Positions 19,491 to 29,887 of a stretch of DNA of 64,000 nucleotides are shown in pieces (the stretch's first letter is position 1; every line of letters begins with the position of its first letter). The stretch spans positions 160,001 to 224,000 of the forward strand of contig JBBCGK010000001.1 in assembly GCA_037200965.1 (NCBI GenBank), read 5' to 3'. The notes below the pieces were generated by a model. That model ran no database searches, was not told the DNA's origin, and saw only the letters and a program-made list of their open reading frames with translations. The translations under genes and the position numbers were made by a program. Source of the stretch: a bacterium (GTDB lineage Bacteria > Patescibacteriota > Minisyncoccia > Phycocordibacterales > Phycocordibacteraceae).

Positions 19491-20261
19491 ATGCCGGAAT
19501 TCGAGCAGCTCGCGAAGAACGTCGCGCATGAGGCGGGGGCCGTGATGCTGAGGCATTTCGGCCTCAGTGTCGCGCATACGTTCAAGGCCGACCGCAGCCC
19601 CCTTACCCGAGCCGATCGCGAGATAAACGACCTGGTCCTGAAGCGCATCGGCGAGGCGTACCCGGAGCACAGCCTGATCGGAGAAGAAGGAAGCCGAATT
19701 ACCGGAAGCGAGTTCTCCTGGATATTCGATCCCGTGGACGGCACGCAGAACTTCCTGCGCGGGGTGCCGGTAAACGTGTTTTCGATCGCGCTCGCGAAAG
19801 ACGGGAAGCCGATCCTCGGCGTCGTCTATGATCCGCACCAGAAGCGGCTCTATCGGGCAACAAAAGGAGGCGGCGCGTACCTTAACGACGAACCGATCAG
19901 GACCGCTTCCCACACTGAACTCGCCGGAAGCTTCATAGAAGCGGACGGCTTGCGCGAATTCAAGGACATGAATTTCATCGAAACGCTCACGAAAGAAAAA
20001 GCGCGTTTCCTTTCATACGGATCGACCACGTACGCGCAGATGCTCGTCGCGAGCGGGCAGATCGACGCGGCCATCTTCCCGCTTCCGGGACGCCCCTGGG
20101 ACTCGGCGGCGGCGAAGATAATCGTCGAGGAGGCGGGCGGTATCGTCACCGATCTGCAAGGAAAAGAGCAGCGCTACGACATGAATATCGGCGGTACCGT
20201 TTCGGCGGGGAACCGGGAACTCCACGAACGATTGCTTCGCGTTGTTGCGGGTTCGCTCTGA
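19491..20261 (+). CDS. inositol monophosphatase family protein (SuhB/CysQ-like)
   Basis: Diagnostic WIFDPVDGTQNF motif and an overall IMPase pattern. Confidence 0.8.
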   Translation: MPEFEQLAKNVAHEAGAVMLRHFGLSVAHTFKADRSPLTRADREINDLVLKRIGEAYPEHSLIGEEGSRITGSEFSWIFDPVDGTQNFLRGVPVNVFSIALAKDGKPILGVVYDPHQKRLYRATKGGGAYLNDEPIRTASHTELAGSFIEADGLREFKDMNFIETLTKEKARFLSYGSTTYAQMLVASGQIDAAIFPLPGRPWDSAAAKIIVEEAGGIVTDLQGKEQRYDMNIGGTVSAGNRELHERLLRVVAGSL

Positions 20262-20279
20262 TGGGGCTATAAGAGCTGC

Positions 20280-22283
20280 ATGAGAAACGACTTCGCCATA
20301 CTGTACGGAAAGCGGTGGTGGGCGGCAGCCGCGCTTTTTCTCTCGTATGCGGCGGCGCTCCTGTTTCTGGATCCCACGACCTCCGGCCCCGGCGCGCTTT
20401 CTCCGGTATCGGGAATCGCGATCAGCATCCTGTTCTTCGAAGGAGGGGCTTTGTGGCCGATCATCTATATCGCGGCGTTTGCGGCAGGAGTACTGCAGGG
20501 CTGGCCCGCCCTGACCCTTCTTTTCCTCCCCGCCGCATTCGCGCTTGAGGCACTCCTTGCCGCGGCGCTTCTCCAGAAAGCGGAGATCGATCCGCTCTTC
20601 AGGAGCAAGCGGGACGTCCTCTGGCTTTTCGCCACGATCGCGCTCGTTTCCTGCATCGTCCCCTCGGTCGAAGGGCTCCTCGCGCTGCCCGCCTTTACCC
20701 ACCACGGGTACTGGATAGTCTCGCCGCTTGCGTCCTGGGCGCTTTCGTACGCCGGTACCGCGTGTTCGCTCGCGCTCATCACGCCCTTCGTGCTCAGGTG
20801 GCTCGCGAAGCCCCGCTTCAGCCGGCCGTGGCGGGAAATGATCGAAACTGTCGCTGCGCTCCTGCTCCTCGTCGGCATATCGGCGGCGGCGTTCCTCTTC
20901 GGTTTCGATACCGCTGGCGGCGTACCGCTCGCGTATTTCCTTCTCATACCACTCTCGTGGCTCGCGCTTCGCATGCGGCCGCGGTTCGTGAGCCTGGCGC
21001 TTCTCTTCGTTGCGGTATTCGCGCTTTCGGGCACGTTCGCTGGCACTTCGGGCACGACCCTCCTTACGACCGAACTCTTCCTCACGGCCCTCTCGGGCGT
21101 CTTTCTCGTCATAGCGGCGCTTGAGGAAGAACGCCGCCTCCACTCGAACCTGACGCGCTCGCAGGTCGCGACGCTTGAGAACGTCGTCGCCCGCGTCTCG
21201 TCGGAATCGAGGGCGAAGAACGACTTCATCGCCGTGCTCGCGCACGAACTCCGCAATCCGCTCGCTCCGATCCAGAGCGGCATCGATCTCCTCAAGCTCA
21301 CGAGCAAGGGCAGCGACGAACAGGAAACCCTTTCCATGATGGACGGAAGGATGGCGACCATCCGGCGGCTGCTCGACGACTTGCTCGACGTCTCGCGCAT
21401 CTCGGAAGGAAAGATGAGCGTGAAGAAGGAGCGGGTCGACCTTGGCGCGATCATCCGCAGGGCGACCCTTTCGACCGCGCATTATTTCGACGAGCGGCAC
21501 CAGACGCTCACCATAGCCCTTCCGGCGGAACGGCTCAGCATCGAGGGAGATCCGGTCCGCCTCGAGCAGATCTTCTCGAACCTCTTTACGAACGCGTCCA
21601 AATACTCAAGGAGCGGAGGCACCATTTCGATAACCCTGTCGCTTCTCAATAACGAGGCGGAAATACGCGTGGTCGACGACGGGATCGGCATCGAGAAGCA
21701 CGAGCTTGAGGCGATCTTCACGCCCTTCCACCAGGCGAACCAGGGCGTGCGGAGCCGCATGGGCCTTGGCATCGGCCTCGCGCTCGTGCGCAGCCTCGCC
21801 GAGATGCATGGCGGCAGCGTGGCCGCACGAAGCGACGGGCGCGGAAAAGGAAGCACGTTCGTCGTGCGCCTTCCCCTTGACCAGGCGCTTGCTTCAGAGG
21901 CACCGCAAAAGGACGCGCCGTCCAAGCGGGACATACGCGTGCTCGTCGTTGACGATAACGACGCTGCCGCGTGGGGTATCGGGAAAGTGCTCGAGATGCG
22001 CGGCGCGGCCGTCGACTATGCCTATGACGGAAAGCAGGCGCTTGAGAAAGTCGCAAGCCTTCCCCCGCGGGCCATCCTCCTTGATATCGGGCTTCCGGGC
22101 GAAGACGGCTATGCGATCGGGAAGAAACTCCGGTCCGGGGGCTTCGTCGGCAAGCTTATCGCCCTTATCGGCTACGGCGAAAGCGAAGACCGCCGCCGGG
22201 GCAGGGAGGCCGGATTCAACGAATACCTGGTGAAGCCCGCGGGCCTTGAGGATTTGAAGCGGGTAATCCCTGAATTAGGATAA
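20280..22283 (+). CDS. hybrid sensor histidine kinase with C-terminal receiver domain
   Basis: Multi-TM N-terminal region. HisKA H-box (VLAHELRNPLAPI), HATPase_c region, then a REC domain (RVLVVDDNDAA...LLDIGLPGEDG). Confidence 0.8.
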   Translation: MRNDFAILYGKRWWAAAALFLSYAAALLFLDPTTSGPGALSPVSGIAISILFFEGGALWPIIYIAAFAAGVLQGWPALTLLFLPAAFALEALLAAALLQKAEIDPLFRSKRDVLWLFATIALVSCIVPSVEGLLALPAFTHHGYWIVSPLASWALSYAGTACSLALITPFVLRWLAKPRFSRPWREMIETVAALLLLVGISAAAFLFGFDTAGGVPLAYFLLIPLSWLALRMRPRFVSLALLFVAVFALSGTFAGTSGTTLLTTELFLTALSGVFLVIAALEEERRLHSNLTRSQVATLENVVARVSSESRAKNDFIAVLAHELRNPLAPIQSGIDLLKLTSKGSDEQETLSMMDGRMATIRRLLDDLLDVSRISEGKMSVKKERVDLGAIIRRATLSTAHYFDERHQTLTIALPAERLSIEGDPVRLEQIFSNLFTNASKYSRSGGTISITLSLLNNEAEIRVVDDGIGIEKHELEAIFTPFHQANQGVRSRMGLGIGLALVRSLAEMHGGSVAARSDGRGKGSTFVVRLPLDQALASEAPQKDAPSKRDIRVLVVDDNDAAAWGIGKVLEMRGAAVDYAYDGKQALEKVASLPPRAILLDIGLPGEDGYAIGKKLRSGGFVGKLIALIGYGESEDRRRGREAGFNEYLVKPAGLEDLKRVIPELG

Positions 22284-22365
22284 GACAATCAAGGTTGCAA
22301 AAGTAAAAAAGGATAGTATTGTTACGCCCGGGACTGGGGCTTCGCCCTTACGTAAGGAGCCCGTC

Positions 22366-23007
22366 ATGGACATTACGTTTATGGACGTGACGGCGCTACT
22401 CCTTGCACGAGGAGTAGACCGGGACACGTTCAATGCCAAAAGCCTCAAAACATACGACGACTTGCAGGGAGAGAACGAGAGGCACGAAGTGAGATTTATC
22501 CTTTCTCAGGACGGAAAAATCGTCTGCCTGAGGCGCAGCTCGCTCGTGCTTGCGCAAAGCCGGAAGTACCGGTATATCCAAGTCGCGTGCCTGTATCTCA
22601 AGGGCGGCGTATGGGTACCCGATACTACGGTACGGGGCTGCACCTACAGCGAGACCGCGCGCTGGGGGAAACCGGAAGATCCCCGGGACCTGGGAGAAGA
22701 CCCGGTCGACGCGGCGGTATGGGGAGCGTTTGAAGAATGCGGTGCGCGCGTAAAACGCACTGATTTCCGCCGGGCGCATCTTCGCACCTGGACAAACGAC
22801 AGCATCCTCCAAAGACCCCGTCCTTCAAGGGTATACCACGCCCTCCACAGCCTCACGATCCCGACGCTCCTCAAGATCAGTCCGGTCAAGCTCGGGCTGC
22901 GGCGGGAATGGACCGAGCTGAAGGACGGCCACGCGAAGCGAAGCATCATCCGGCGGATCCCGGTCCTGCACACAAAACAACATACCGGCTGCAACAACCT
23001 CGCGTAA
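22366..23007 (+). CDS. hypothetical protein (weak Nudix-box-like AFEECGA segment)
   Basis: AAGGAG RBS. The 213-aa protein contains only a partial Nudix-like motif, so it is not called Nudix. Confidence 0.35.
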   Translation: MDITFMDVTALLLARGVDRDTFNAKSLKTYDDLQGENERHEVRFILSQDGKIVCLRRSSLVLAQSRKYRYIQVACLYLKGGVWVPDTTVRGCTYSETARWGKPEDPRDLGEDPVDAAVWGAFEECGARVKRTDFRRAHLRTWTNDSILQRPRPSRVYHALHSLTIPTLLKISPVKLGLRREWTELKDGHAKRSIIRRIPVLHTKQHTGCNNLA

Positions 23008-23105
23008 GGAAGGGCTCCATGCCCGACTTTGCGCGGGGTTCTTCTTTTTTCCTTTGCATAATCCTGGGGTGGTGTAAACTCAAGGAATAACCACATTCAA
23101 ACGAT

Positions 23106-23531
23106 ATGAACCTTCCACACTGCAGCCGGGCGTATGAGGCATGGGTGCCGGTAGTCGCCCGGGTTATTTTCGGCGGACTCTTTCTTATGGGAGCCGCGTT
23201 CAAAATCCCGATGACGAGCGGGTTCGCGGGCGAGGCGGCGATGACGGCCGCCGCGGGCGTACCGTTTGCCACCCCCGCGGTCTTCCTGGCGTTTATCCTC
23301 GAGGTCGTGCTCGGTGTCGCGCTCATCATCGGCTGGCACGCGCGCACCGCCGGGTTTCTCCTCGCGATCTTCACCCTTATCCTCGCCCTCGTCTTCTACC
23401 GGGACTTTTCGAACCCGATGATCATGGGCCAGTTCGTCTCGCACCTGGGACTCATCGCCGGGCTTCTCTATATCTCGGTGTACGGCGCGCAGCACGTAGC
23501 GGTACGAAGGGATGTCCTTCCGCAGGGCTAA
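23106..23531 (+). CDS. DoxX-family membrane protein
   Basis: Four hydrophobic helices with a DoxX-like pattern (RVIFGGLFLMGAAFK...). Confidence 0.6.
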   Translation: MNLPHCSRAYEAWVPVVARVIFGGLFLMGAAFKIPMTSGFAGEAAMTAAAGVPFATPAVFLAFILEVVLGVALIIGWHARTAGFLLAIFTLILALVFYRDFSNPMIMGQFVSHLGLIAGLLYISVYGAQHVAVRRDVLPQG

Positions 23532-23537
23532 CGCGCG

Positions 23538-23777
23538 ATGATCCTCTACGTAAAAACCGGGTGCCCGTACTGCGCGAAGGTGCACGCGGCCGCGCAAGAG
23601 CTTGGCATTTCGTTTGACGAAAAGAATATCGCGGACGAGGGCGTTACCGAAGAGCTTCTGGCGCTTGGCGGCAAGAAGCAGACGCCGTACCTTGTCGACA
23701 CCGACCGGGAGGTCTCGATGTATGAGTCGGACGACATTATCGGGTATCTCCGGAAGCACTACCCGGGGGCCGCATAG
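23538..23777 (+). CDS. glutaredoxin-like protein
   Basis: CPYC active site in a 79-aa thioredoxin-fold protein. Confidence 0.75.
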   Translation: MILYVKTGCPYCAKVHAAAQELGISFDEKNIADEGVTEELLALGGKKQTPYLVDTDREVSMYESDDIIGYLRKHYPGAA

Positions 23778-23835
23778 AACGGATCAAAAGAAAACCCCGC
23801 GCCCATGGGCGCGGGGGTTTTCTTCTTTGCCTCCG

Positions 23836-24384
23836 CTATTTCGCTCCCCTGAGGTACGCGAGCATGGTATCCGCGTCGGAGACCGTAAACGGATCGTCCT
23901 TACAGTTATCGACCCTGCCCGGCTCGGCGAAGATCTTCTGTACGATGCCGGCCTCCACGTACATGGAGTACCGCCAGCTCCGCTCGCCAAAGCCCAGGTT
24001 TTCCTTCTTCACGAGCATGCCGACGGCGCGCGTGAATTCGGCGTTTCCGTCGGGAAGCATTTTCACTTTCGTAATGCCGAGCTTGTCCGCCCACTGCTTC
24101 ATGACGAACGCGTCGTTCACCGACAGGCAATACACCTCGTCGATGCCAAGCGCCTTGAACTCGTCGTATTTCGCCTCGAATCCCGGAGCGTGGGTGGAGG
24201 AGCAGGTGGGAGTGAAGGCGCCCGGAAGCCCGAAGACGACAACGCGCCTGCCCTTGAAAATGTCGTCGCTTGTCACGTCCTGCCAGCGGAAGGGATTCTC
24301 TCCGCCGACGGCTTCGTCGTGCACGCGGGTCTTAAAAACGACGCTTGGAACGGGGGTGCCCTCGAGTATCGGTTCTTCGCGCAT
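23836..24384 (-). CDS. peroxiredoxin (Prx5/AhpC-TSA family)
   Basis: GAFTPTCS peroxidatic-cysteine motif. Confidence 0.8.
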   Translation of the reverse strand: MREEPILEGTPVPSVVFKTRVHDEAVGGENPFRWQDVTSDDIFKGRRVVVFGLPGAFTPTCSSTHAPGFEAKYDEFKALGIDEVYCLSVNDAFVMKQWADKLGITKVKMLPDGNAEFTRAVGMLVKKENLGFGERSWRYSMYVEAGIVQKIFAEPGRVDNCKDDPFTVSDADTMLAYLRGAK

Positions 24385-24448
24385 AGTGATCGGTATTAAT
24401 GCCTGATATGCGGGCAGTATAGCAAAACGCGGATGCCGGAGCGACCGG

Positions 24449-25303
24449 TTACCCCAGACCCTTCAGAAAATCCCCGTACGCCATCTCACGTTTGCCCTCG
24501 GGTATGACGCGCTCGACGGCGAACGCGCCGTCCTTGAAGGATGCCTTCGTTATTTTTATGCGCATTCGCATGCCGTCTTTCTTCGTGAAAAAGTACGTGC
24601 CCGGAGACTCGGCGAATGCGCGATACTTCCTCCAGTTCGTTTCCATCGGGGCGCCAAGGTCGAGTTCGCCTTCGGTTTTCGGAATCTTTCGCGCCCGGGT
24701 CGCCAGAGTATGATCCTGGGGTGTGCCTATGAGTTCGCCCGCAAGGTACCGGGGAAGCGTACCGGCAAGAAGCCTGGCACCGGCCTTTATCAACCGCGGG
24801 CGAAGCTCCTTGGTCGTTTCATCAGAGGCGACCGCTACTTCCTCCATCGCAAGGATATCTCCCGCGTCAAGTTCAAGCGCGAGCTTCTGGAGCGCGACGC
24901 CGGTTACGGCCTCACCCGCAAGAAGCGCGGATTCGACCGGGGAAGCGCCGCGGTATTTCGGGAGCAGGGAATAGTGCACGTTTATGAGCCCTTTCGGAAA
25001 GATATCGATGAGCGCCTGCGGAAGTATCTTGCCGTACGCGACGACGATCCCGTACTCGCAACCGTAGTTCTCGATCGCTTCGATCGCGGCAGGGTCGATC
25101 TTTGGGGGAGTGAGCACGGGGATGCCGCGCTCAAGAGCCCAGGTCTTCGTTTCCGGGGGGGTGAGCACAAGGCCCCGGCCGCGCGGTGCGTCCGGTCCCG
25201 TAATGACGACGGCAGGAACGAAACCCTGCTCGCACAGGAACGCGAGCGTATCGCGGGCGACATAAGGCGTTCCGAAGTATGCGAATTTAGAGCTGTTTGC
25301 CAT
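24449..25303 (-). CDS. fmt: methionyl-tRNA formyltransferase
   Basis: N-terminal formyltransferase pattern (FGTP...HYSLLPKYRGASPV). It overlaps def upstream, forming a def-fmt operon. Confidence 0.8.
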   Translation of the reverse strand: MANSSKFAYFGTPYVARDTLAFLCEQGFVPAVVITGPDAPRGRGLVLTPPETKTWALERGIPVLTPPKIDPAAIEAIENYGCEYGIVVAYGKILPQALIDIFPKGLINVHYSLLPKYRGASPVESALLAGEAVTGVALQKLALELDAGDILAMEEVAVASDETTKELRPRLIKAGARLLAGTLPRYLAGELIGTPQDHTLATRARKIPKTEGELDLGAPMETNWRKYRAFAESPGTYFFTKKDGMRMRIKITKASFKDGAFAVERVIPEGKREMAYGDFLKGLG

Positions 25304-25826
25304 GGGTTTCCTCCTCCTCGCGCTTCACTTCGATAAGGTCCTCCGCGTGGTCGATAAACAACGTCCCGTCAAGATGCTCGATCTCATGCTCGAAAATCTG
25401 CGCGAGCAGTCCGCCCCCGCCCCGCTCAAACGATGTACCACCCGCATCTTGTGCCCGCACGGTCGCCCGCTCGTGCCGGAGCGCGCGGCCGTACATGCCG
25501 CGAACCGAAAGGCATCCTTCATCGACGAGCTCCCTGCGGCGGGAGCTTTTGACGAAGCCCGGGTTCGCATAGACGCCGACATCGGCGGGGCGGGGCGGGG
25601 CGCCTTCGGGAAGGGGCGGGAGCGTACGGTCGTAGCGGACGATGAAGAGCCTGAGCGAAACGCCGACTTGAGGCGCCGCAAGCGCCACGCCGTCCGGTTC
25701 CGCGTCAAGCACCTTCTCCATGTCGGCGATGAGCTTAGACAGCTCCTTCCCGCCGAACATGTCGCCGGGTACGGGCTTGCTCACCTGCCGGAGCACGGGG
25801 TCGTCTTTCTGTACGATCTTTCGCAT
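25287..25826 (-). CDS. def: peptide deformylase
   Basis: GVALAAPQVG, EGCLS and HEIEHLDG motifs. Confidence 0.85.
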   Translation of the reverse strand: MRKIVQKDDPVLRQVSKPVPGDMFGGKELSKLIADMEKVLDAEPDGVALAAPQVGVSLRLFIVRYDRTLPPLPEGAPPRPADVGVYANPGFVKSSRRRELVDEGCLSVRGMYGRALRHERATVRAQDAGGTSFERGGGGLLAQIFEHEIEHLDGTLFIDHAEDLIEVKREEEETHGKQL

Positions 25827-25964
25827 ACGGGGACTATAGCAAAAAAATAACGCCGACGTGGTGCCGGACGTTCGGGAGAAAAGGGCGCGCGCCTATATGT
25901 GCCGATGGGATCTTCGGCGACGTGGGCGCCCGGGGCAGGGACCCCCCTACCGGACTAAATCATT

Positions 25965-27791
25965 TCACCAAAGCGATTCGGGGTCAATGCGGATGCGCAC
26001 AGCAAGAGGCAGCGCGGCGAGGCGTCCGGAGAGAGCCGCATCGGGCCACGCACCCCGCGGAAGCTTGAGGACGCTCGTAGCGGCGTAGCGGCCCTTTGCC
26101 GCAAGGCGCGGCGGAAGCTCGGTTGGCAGAAGCGGCGCAAGCACCTCCTTCACAAGGAGAGCACAAGCGGCAACGCGTTCCTTCGAGCCTTCATGGGAGA
26201 AGGTAACGAGCGTCACATACGGCGGATAGGAAAGCGTCTTGCGAAGCGCCGTTTCTTCCTCGAAAAAAGCGGCGCTCGAAGGACCGGTTATCGCGCCAAA
26301 CACGCTGTCGCCTGGAAGGCGGGTGGCAACGGCGAGATGCTTTGCATGCTGGCGGAGCGAGAGGCCGAAATGGAGAAGCCGCTCCCGCGCCCTCCAGAAC
26401 GGAAGAGCCAAAAGACTGTCAGCGGATGCGATAGCCGCATATTCAAACGGAGGAACTTCGGCCAGCCACGGTACGACCGATTCGGTCGCGGCGAGGATGC
26501 TGCCGGGCTCTTTGATCTTTTCCATGGCGCGTCGCGCTTCCGCCGGAGTCTTCACACTCTCCGCATCAAAGCGCACGATAGTTGCCGTGGGGAAATCGCG
26601 CTCAAGCTCAAGCGCAACCCGCTCGACCCCTATGCCAAGCGGCAGGAGGTTCCAGCTCCCGCATGCGTCGCAGAGCGCTTTCGCGTCCCGGAGCGTTTCG
26701 CCGTCGGCGGAGCGCAGCACGGGTTTCCCGGCGGCGGTACCGACAAGCGAAAGCGCGCGGCCGCGCCCGTCAAGCACCGCCTTGCCGCAGTCGCGGCAGA
26801 TAACCGCGGGCGCGTATCCTTTCCTGACCGCGAACACCGCGGCACGGCCGCCTGCGGCAAGCACACTCCGCACCTCCGCACGCACTGCTTCCGGTACCGC
26901 GGTAAAGGCTGTTTTTTTGCCGGTCGGTTTCTTGCGCACGTCGAGAACCGTCACGGAACCCGGCGGATCTTTCGAAAGCGCTCTCGACGGCGACGGGCGC
27001 CGCTCAAGGCGGAGCGGATAGTCGCCAAGGATAAGCGGGACTTCGCGTGCGCGGGAAAGCGCGCGCGCGGCTATCCGGAGATCGAGATACGGGCGCTTCG
27101 GGGAACTATAGCCCGGGGCGCTGTCGCGCTCGAGGACGATTCCCGCAAGATTGCGGACCGGCGCATACGCAAAGCCCGGCGTTACAACCACGACGCCTTC
27201 CGCCGCGATCGCGGCAGCGAGGGCGGCCGCCCTCTTTTTATCACGCAGCCTTGAGGTCAGCAGTACTGTCGGGATACCGGATTCGCGGAAGTTCCGCGCG
27301 AAGCGCTCCGCTTCGACGATGGCGGGGACGATAAGAAGGAGGGCGTTCCCTGCGGCACGGGCTTTGCCCGCGCGGTCAGCATATTCGCGCATACGGTCCT
27401 TTTCCGGAGATTCCGCGAAGAACTCTTCGAACCCGGGACCGGCCGCAAGCTTCCCGAACCCTTCTTCGGGGAGTACCCCGGGAAGCAGGGCCGTGAGCGC
27501 GGCACCAAGCGGCACCGCATGATACCGGGCCGTTTCTTCCGCCGCGCGCATGAGCGCGGAGGGGAGGGAGCCGACGCGCTTGGCGTCTCCCGCCCGGAGC
27601 ATATAGGAAGCGCTCCGAAGTTCGGCGCGCGCTTCCTTCACGCTCCGGCTTCGGATAACGATGCCAAATACGCGCTGCTTCCGGAGCGGCACTTCAACAA
27701 GCGCCCCCGGGGCAAGTTTCGACGAAGAGCGATAGCTCAGCGTTCCGGCCGGTGCGCTTTTGGAGAAAGTGATGACGTCGATGACGAACAT
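25965..27791 (-). CDS. priA: primosomal protein N' (PriA)-like, with apparently degenerate ATPase motifs
   Basis: The N-terminal 3'-binding-like region, the LLIVPAIVEAERF block and the C-terminal Cys-rich Zn region (CRDCG...CDACGSW) align with PriA. I cannot find GxGKT Walker A or DExH boxes at their expected positions. Confidence 0.5.
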   Translation of the reverse strand: MFVIDVITFSKSAPAGTLSYRSSSKLAPGALVEVPLRKQRVFGIVIRSRSVKEARAELRSASYMLRAGDAKRVGSLPSALMRAAEETARYHAVPLGAALTALLPGVLPEEGFGKLAAGPGFEEFFAESPEKDRMREYADRAGKARAAGNALLLIVPAIVEAERFARNFRESGIPTVLLTSRLRDKKRAAALAAAIAAEGVVVVTPGFAYAPVRNLAGIVLERDSAPGYSSPKRPYLDLRIAARALSRAREVPLILGDYPLRLERRPSPSRALSKDPPGSVTVLDVRKKPTGKKTAFTAVPEAVRAEVRSVLAAGGRAAVFAVRKGYAPAVICRDCGKAVLDGRGRALSLVGTAAGKPVLRSADGETLRDAKALCDACGSWNLLPLGIGVERVALELERDFPTATIVRFDAESVKTPAEARRAMEKIKEPGSILAATESVVPWLAEVPPFEYAAIASADSLLALPFWRARERLLHFGLSLRQHAKHLAVATRLPGDSVFGAITGPSSAAFFEEETALRKTLSYPPYVTLVTFSHEGSKERVAACALLVKEVLAPLLPTELPPRLAAKGRYAATSVLKLPRGAWPDAALSGRLAALPLAVRIRIDPESLW

Positions 27792-27797
27792 TCGTAA

Positions 27798-29117
27798 TTA
27801 TGGCCCCGGCGAGAGTGCCGAGACGTCCGCGCCGATCGTCGCGAGGCGCGCGACGATGTCCTCATAGCCGCGGTTGATCGAATACACGCTCCGGAGCACC
27901 GAGCGGCCGGGAGCGGCGAGCATGGCGATGAGAAGGATGGTCGCGGGGCGAAGCGCGGGCGGACAGACGAGCTCCGCGGCCTTAAGGCGCGAAGGACCCG
28001 TGATCGCGATGCGGTGCGGGTCGTAGAGCATGGTGTCCGCGCCGAGGCGGTCGAGCTCGGTATAGTAGATGGCGCGTTTTTCGTACGACCAGTCGTGGAT
28101 GAGCGTCTTGCCCCTGGCGACCGTCGCGATGACCGCGAAAAAGGGAAGGTTGTCGATATTGAGCGCGGGATAGGGGCGGGCGTGGATCTTTTCGGGAAAC
28201 GCCGTGAGTTCCGAAGGCTCGAGGCGGATGTCCGCGAGCTTCGTGATGCCGTTTTCGGAAACTCCGGCGGGAGTAACGGTAAACGTGAGTCCCATCTTTT
28301 GAAGCACGAACAGCTCGACTTCAAGAAACTCGATCGGGGCCTTGAGGATCGTGAGCGCGCTTTTGGTCACGGCCGCGGCGGCGATGAAGAACATCGCGTC
28401 GGTCGGGTCTTCGGCGATCGTATACTCGGCGTCCGTATTGATATCCGCAATGCCGGTCACGGAAAGCGTACTGGTGCCGACGCCCTCGACGCCGACGCCA
28501 AGGAGCCGCAGGTACCCGCAGACTTCCTGCACCTGATAGTTGGCGGAAGCGTATTTGATGACGCTCGTGCCGGGAATCTTCGCCGCCGCGAGGAGCGCGT
28601 TTATGGTTGCGGTGTCGCTTGCTTCGTATAGAACTACTTCCGCGGGAGAGAGCCCTTCGTGCGAAACCTGGTAGCGGTCGGTCAGCGTCTCGATTGAGAT
28701 GCCGAATTTCTCGAGCACCCAAAGATGCTGGCGGACGGAGCGGAGTCCTAGCGTGCAGCCGCCTGACTGCGGGATCGAAAAAGAAGGGAAGAGATGCACG
28801 AGGGAACCGATAAACATGAGGATGCTTCTCGTGCGCACGGCAGCTTCGGTGTCGATCGTCTCGAGCGTTAGTTCCCTCGGGGGGGTAATGACGATATCGC
28901 GATCCTGCCACTCTACCGAAACGCCGATCGAGCGCAACACCTCTACGAGCCGATGAACTTCTTCGATCTTCGGAACCTTGCGAAGCCGCGTCGTTCCCGC
29001 GTTCAAAAGCGAAGCTGCCAAGAGGGCCACGGCCCCGTTTTTCGAGCGGCTTATAACGACGCTTCCCGAGAGCTTCTTCCCGCCCTCTATCACGAAACTC
29101 ATGCTCTCGGTCGCCAT
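27798..29117 (-). CDS. murA: UDP-N-acetylglucosamine 1-carboxyvinyltransferase
   Basis: EPSP-synthase-fold pattern. N-terminal KLSGSVVISRSKNGAVALLAASLL resembles the MurA signature. Confidence 0.8.
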   Translation of the reverse strand: MATESMSFVIEGGKKLSGSVVISRSKNGAVALLAASLLNAGTTRLRKVPKIEEVHRLVEVLRSIGVSVEWQDRDIVITPPRELTLETIDTEAAVRTRSILMFIGSLVHLFPSFSIPQSGGCTLGLRSVRQHLWVLEKFGISIETLTDRYQVSHEGLSPAEVVLYEASDTATINALLAAAKIPGTSVIKYASANYQVQEVCGYLRLLGVGVEGVGTSTLSVTGIADINTDAEYTIAEDPTDAMFFIAAAAVTKSALTILKAPIEFLEVELFVLQKMGLTFTVTPAGVSENGITKLADIRLEPSELTAFPEKIHARPYPALNIDNLPFFAVIATVARGKTLIHDWSYEKRAIYYTELDRLGADTMLYDPHRIAITGPSRLKAAELVCPPALRPATILLIAMLAAPGRSVLRSVYSINRGYEDIVARLATIGADVSALSPGP

Positions 29118-29197
29118 AATGGAGATATTCTAGCATTTCGTACAAAAGCAAACGGGCGCCGATTTTGTCGGCGCCCGAATTAACACTCGGAAGTCTA

Positions 29198-29704
29198 TCA
29201 GGACAGAAGGCCGAGCTCGACTTGTTCGAGGAAAATCTTCGCACGTAGCGCATCGAGCTCGCGGAGCTCGTCTTCGCCCGGGAAAGGACCGTATTGGTCT
29301 TCGAGTTGAGCTTCCTGATCTTGGAGCTTGCCCAGCTTGCTGCCGGGCCCAGTCAAGAATGTCAAGCCGTTCGCCCGTGCGGACGAATCGATAAATCCTT
29401 CGACATTACCGTCTTCCGGACCGCTTCCGTTCACGCGCCATACCGATCCCCTGAAAGTCCATGCACGTCGGTTGGAAGTGCAATCGACGCTGGAAACGGT
29501 CAGATCGTACTCTCCCATTTTCGGAAGTTTGATCCGGACTGTACGGCCCTCGCATACCGCAAGAATACGAAACTGATAGTGCGATGCGCCTGGGCCAGCA
29601 AAGGGAACGAATCCGCGCTTGGAAATGCGTTCGCGTGCGGCTGTGTAGCCATGATCTGGAGCCAGGTAGGCGCGAGCTCCGGTGGCTGTTGTTTGTTGGG
29701 TCAT
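29198..29704 (-). CDS. hypothetical protein
   Basis: A GGAGG RBS precedes the ATG. 168 aa with no domain recognised. Confidence 0.4.
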   Translation of the reverse strand: MTQQTTATGARAYLAPDHGYTAARERISKRGFVPFAGPGASHYQFRILAVCEGRTVRIKLPKMGEYDLTVSSVDCTSNRRAWTFRGSVWRVNGSGPEDGNVEGFIDSSARANGLTFLTGPGSKLGKLQDQEAQLEDQYGPFPGEDELRELDALRAKIFLEQVELGLLS

Positions 29705-29887
29705 CTCGACCTCCGATGAACATGGTTTCCTTGCTTGGGACGGAAACCTGATCCCCTGATCCCTTTACGGGACGACCTATCATCTCGATAGGAATTGCCT
29801 GAAAATATACGTACATACAATAAGTATGTCAAGTATTGCCGCGGCATGGCTTTGCGCCCATGCAGGCAAACGCGGTATCATACGCGC

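Noticed and set aside
20013-21500. Very long minus-strand ORFs (495 and 329 aa) antisense to the sensor kinase gene
   Set aside because: They are Arg/Glu/Pro-rich low-complexity translations. This is typical of shadow ORFs on the opposite strand of a high-GC gene. The plus-strand kinase has clear domains.
22366-23007. Nudix hydrolase call for the 213-aa protein
   Set aside because: Only the C-terminal half of the Nudix box (AFEECGA) is present. The REUxEE glutamate and arginine positions are not conserved (WG instead of RE).
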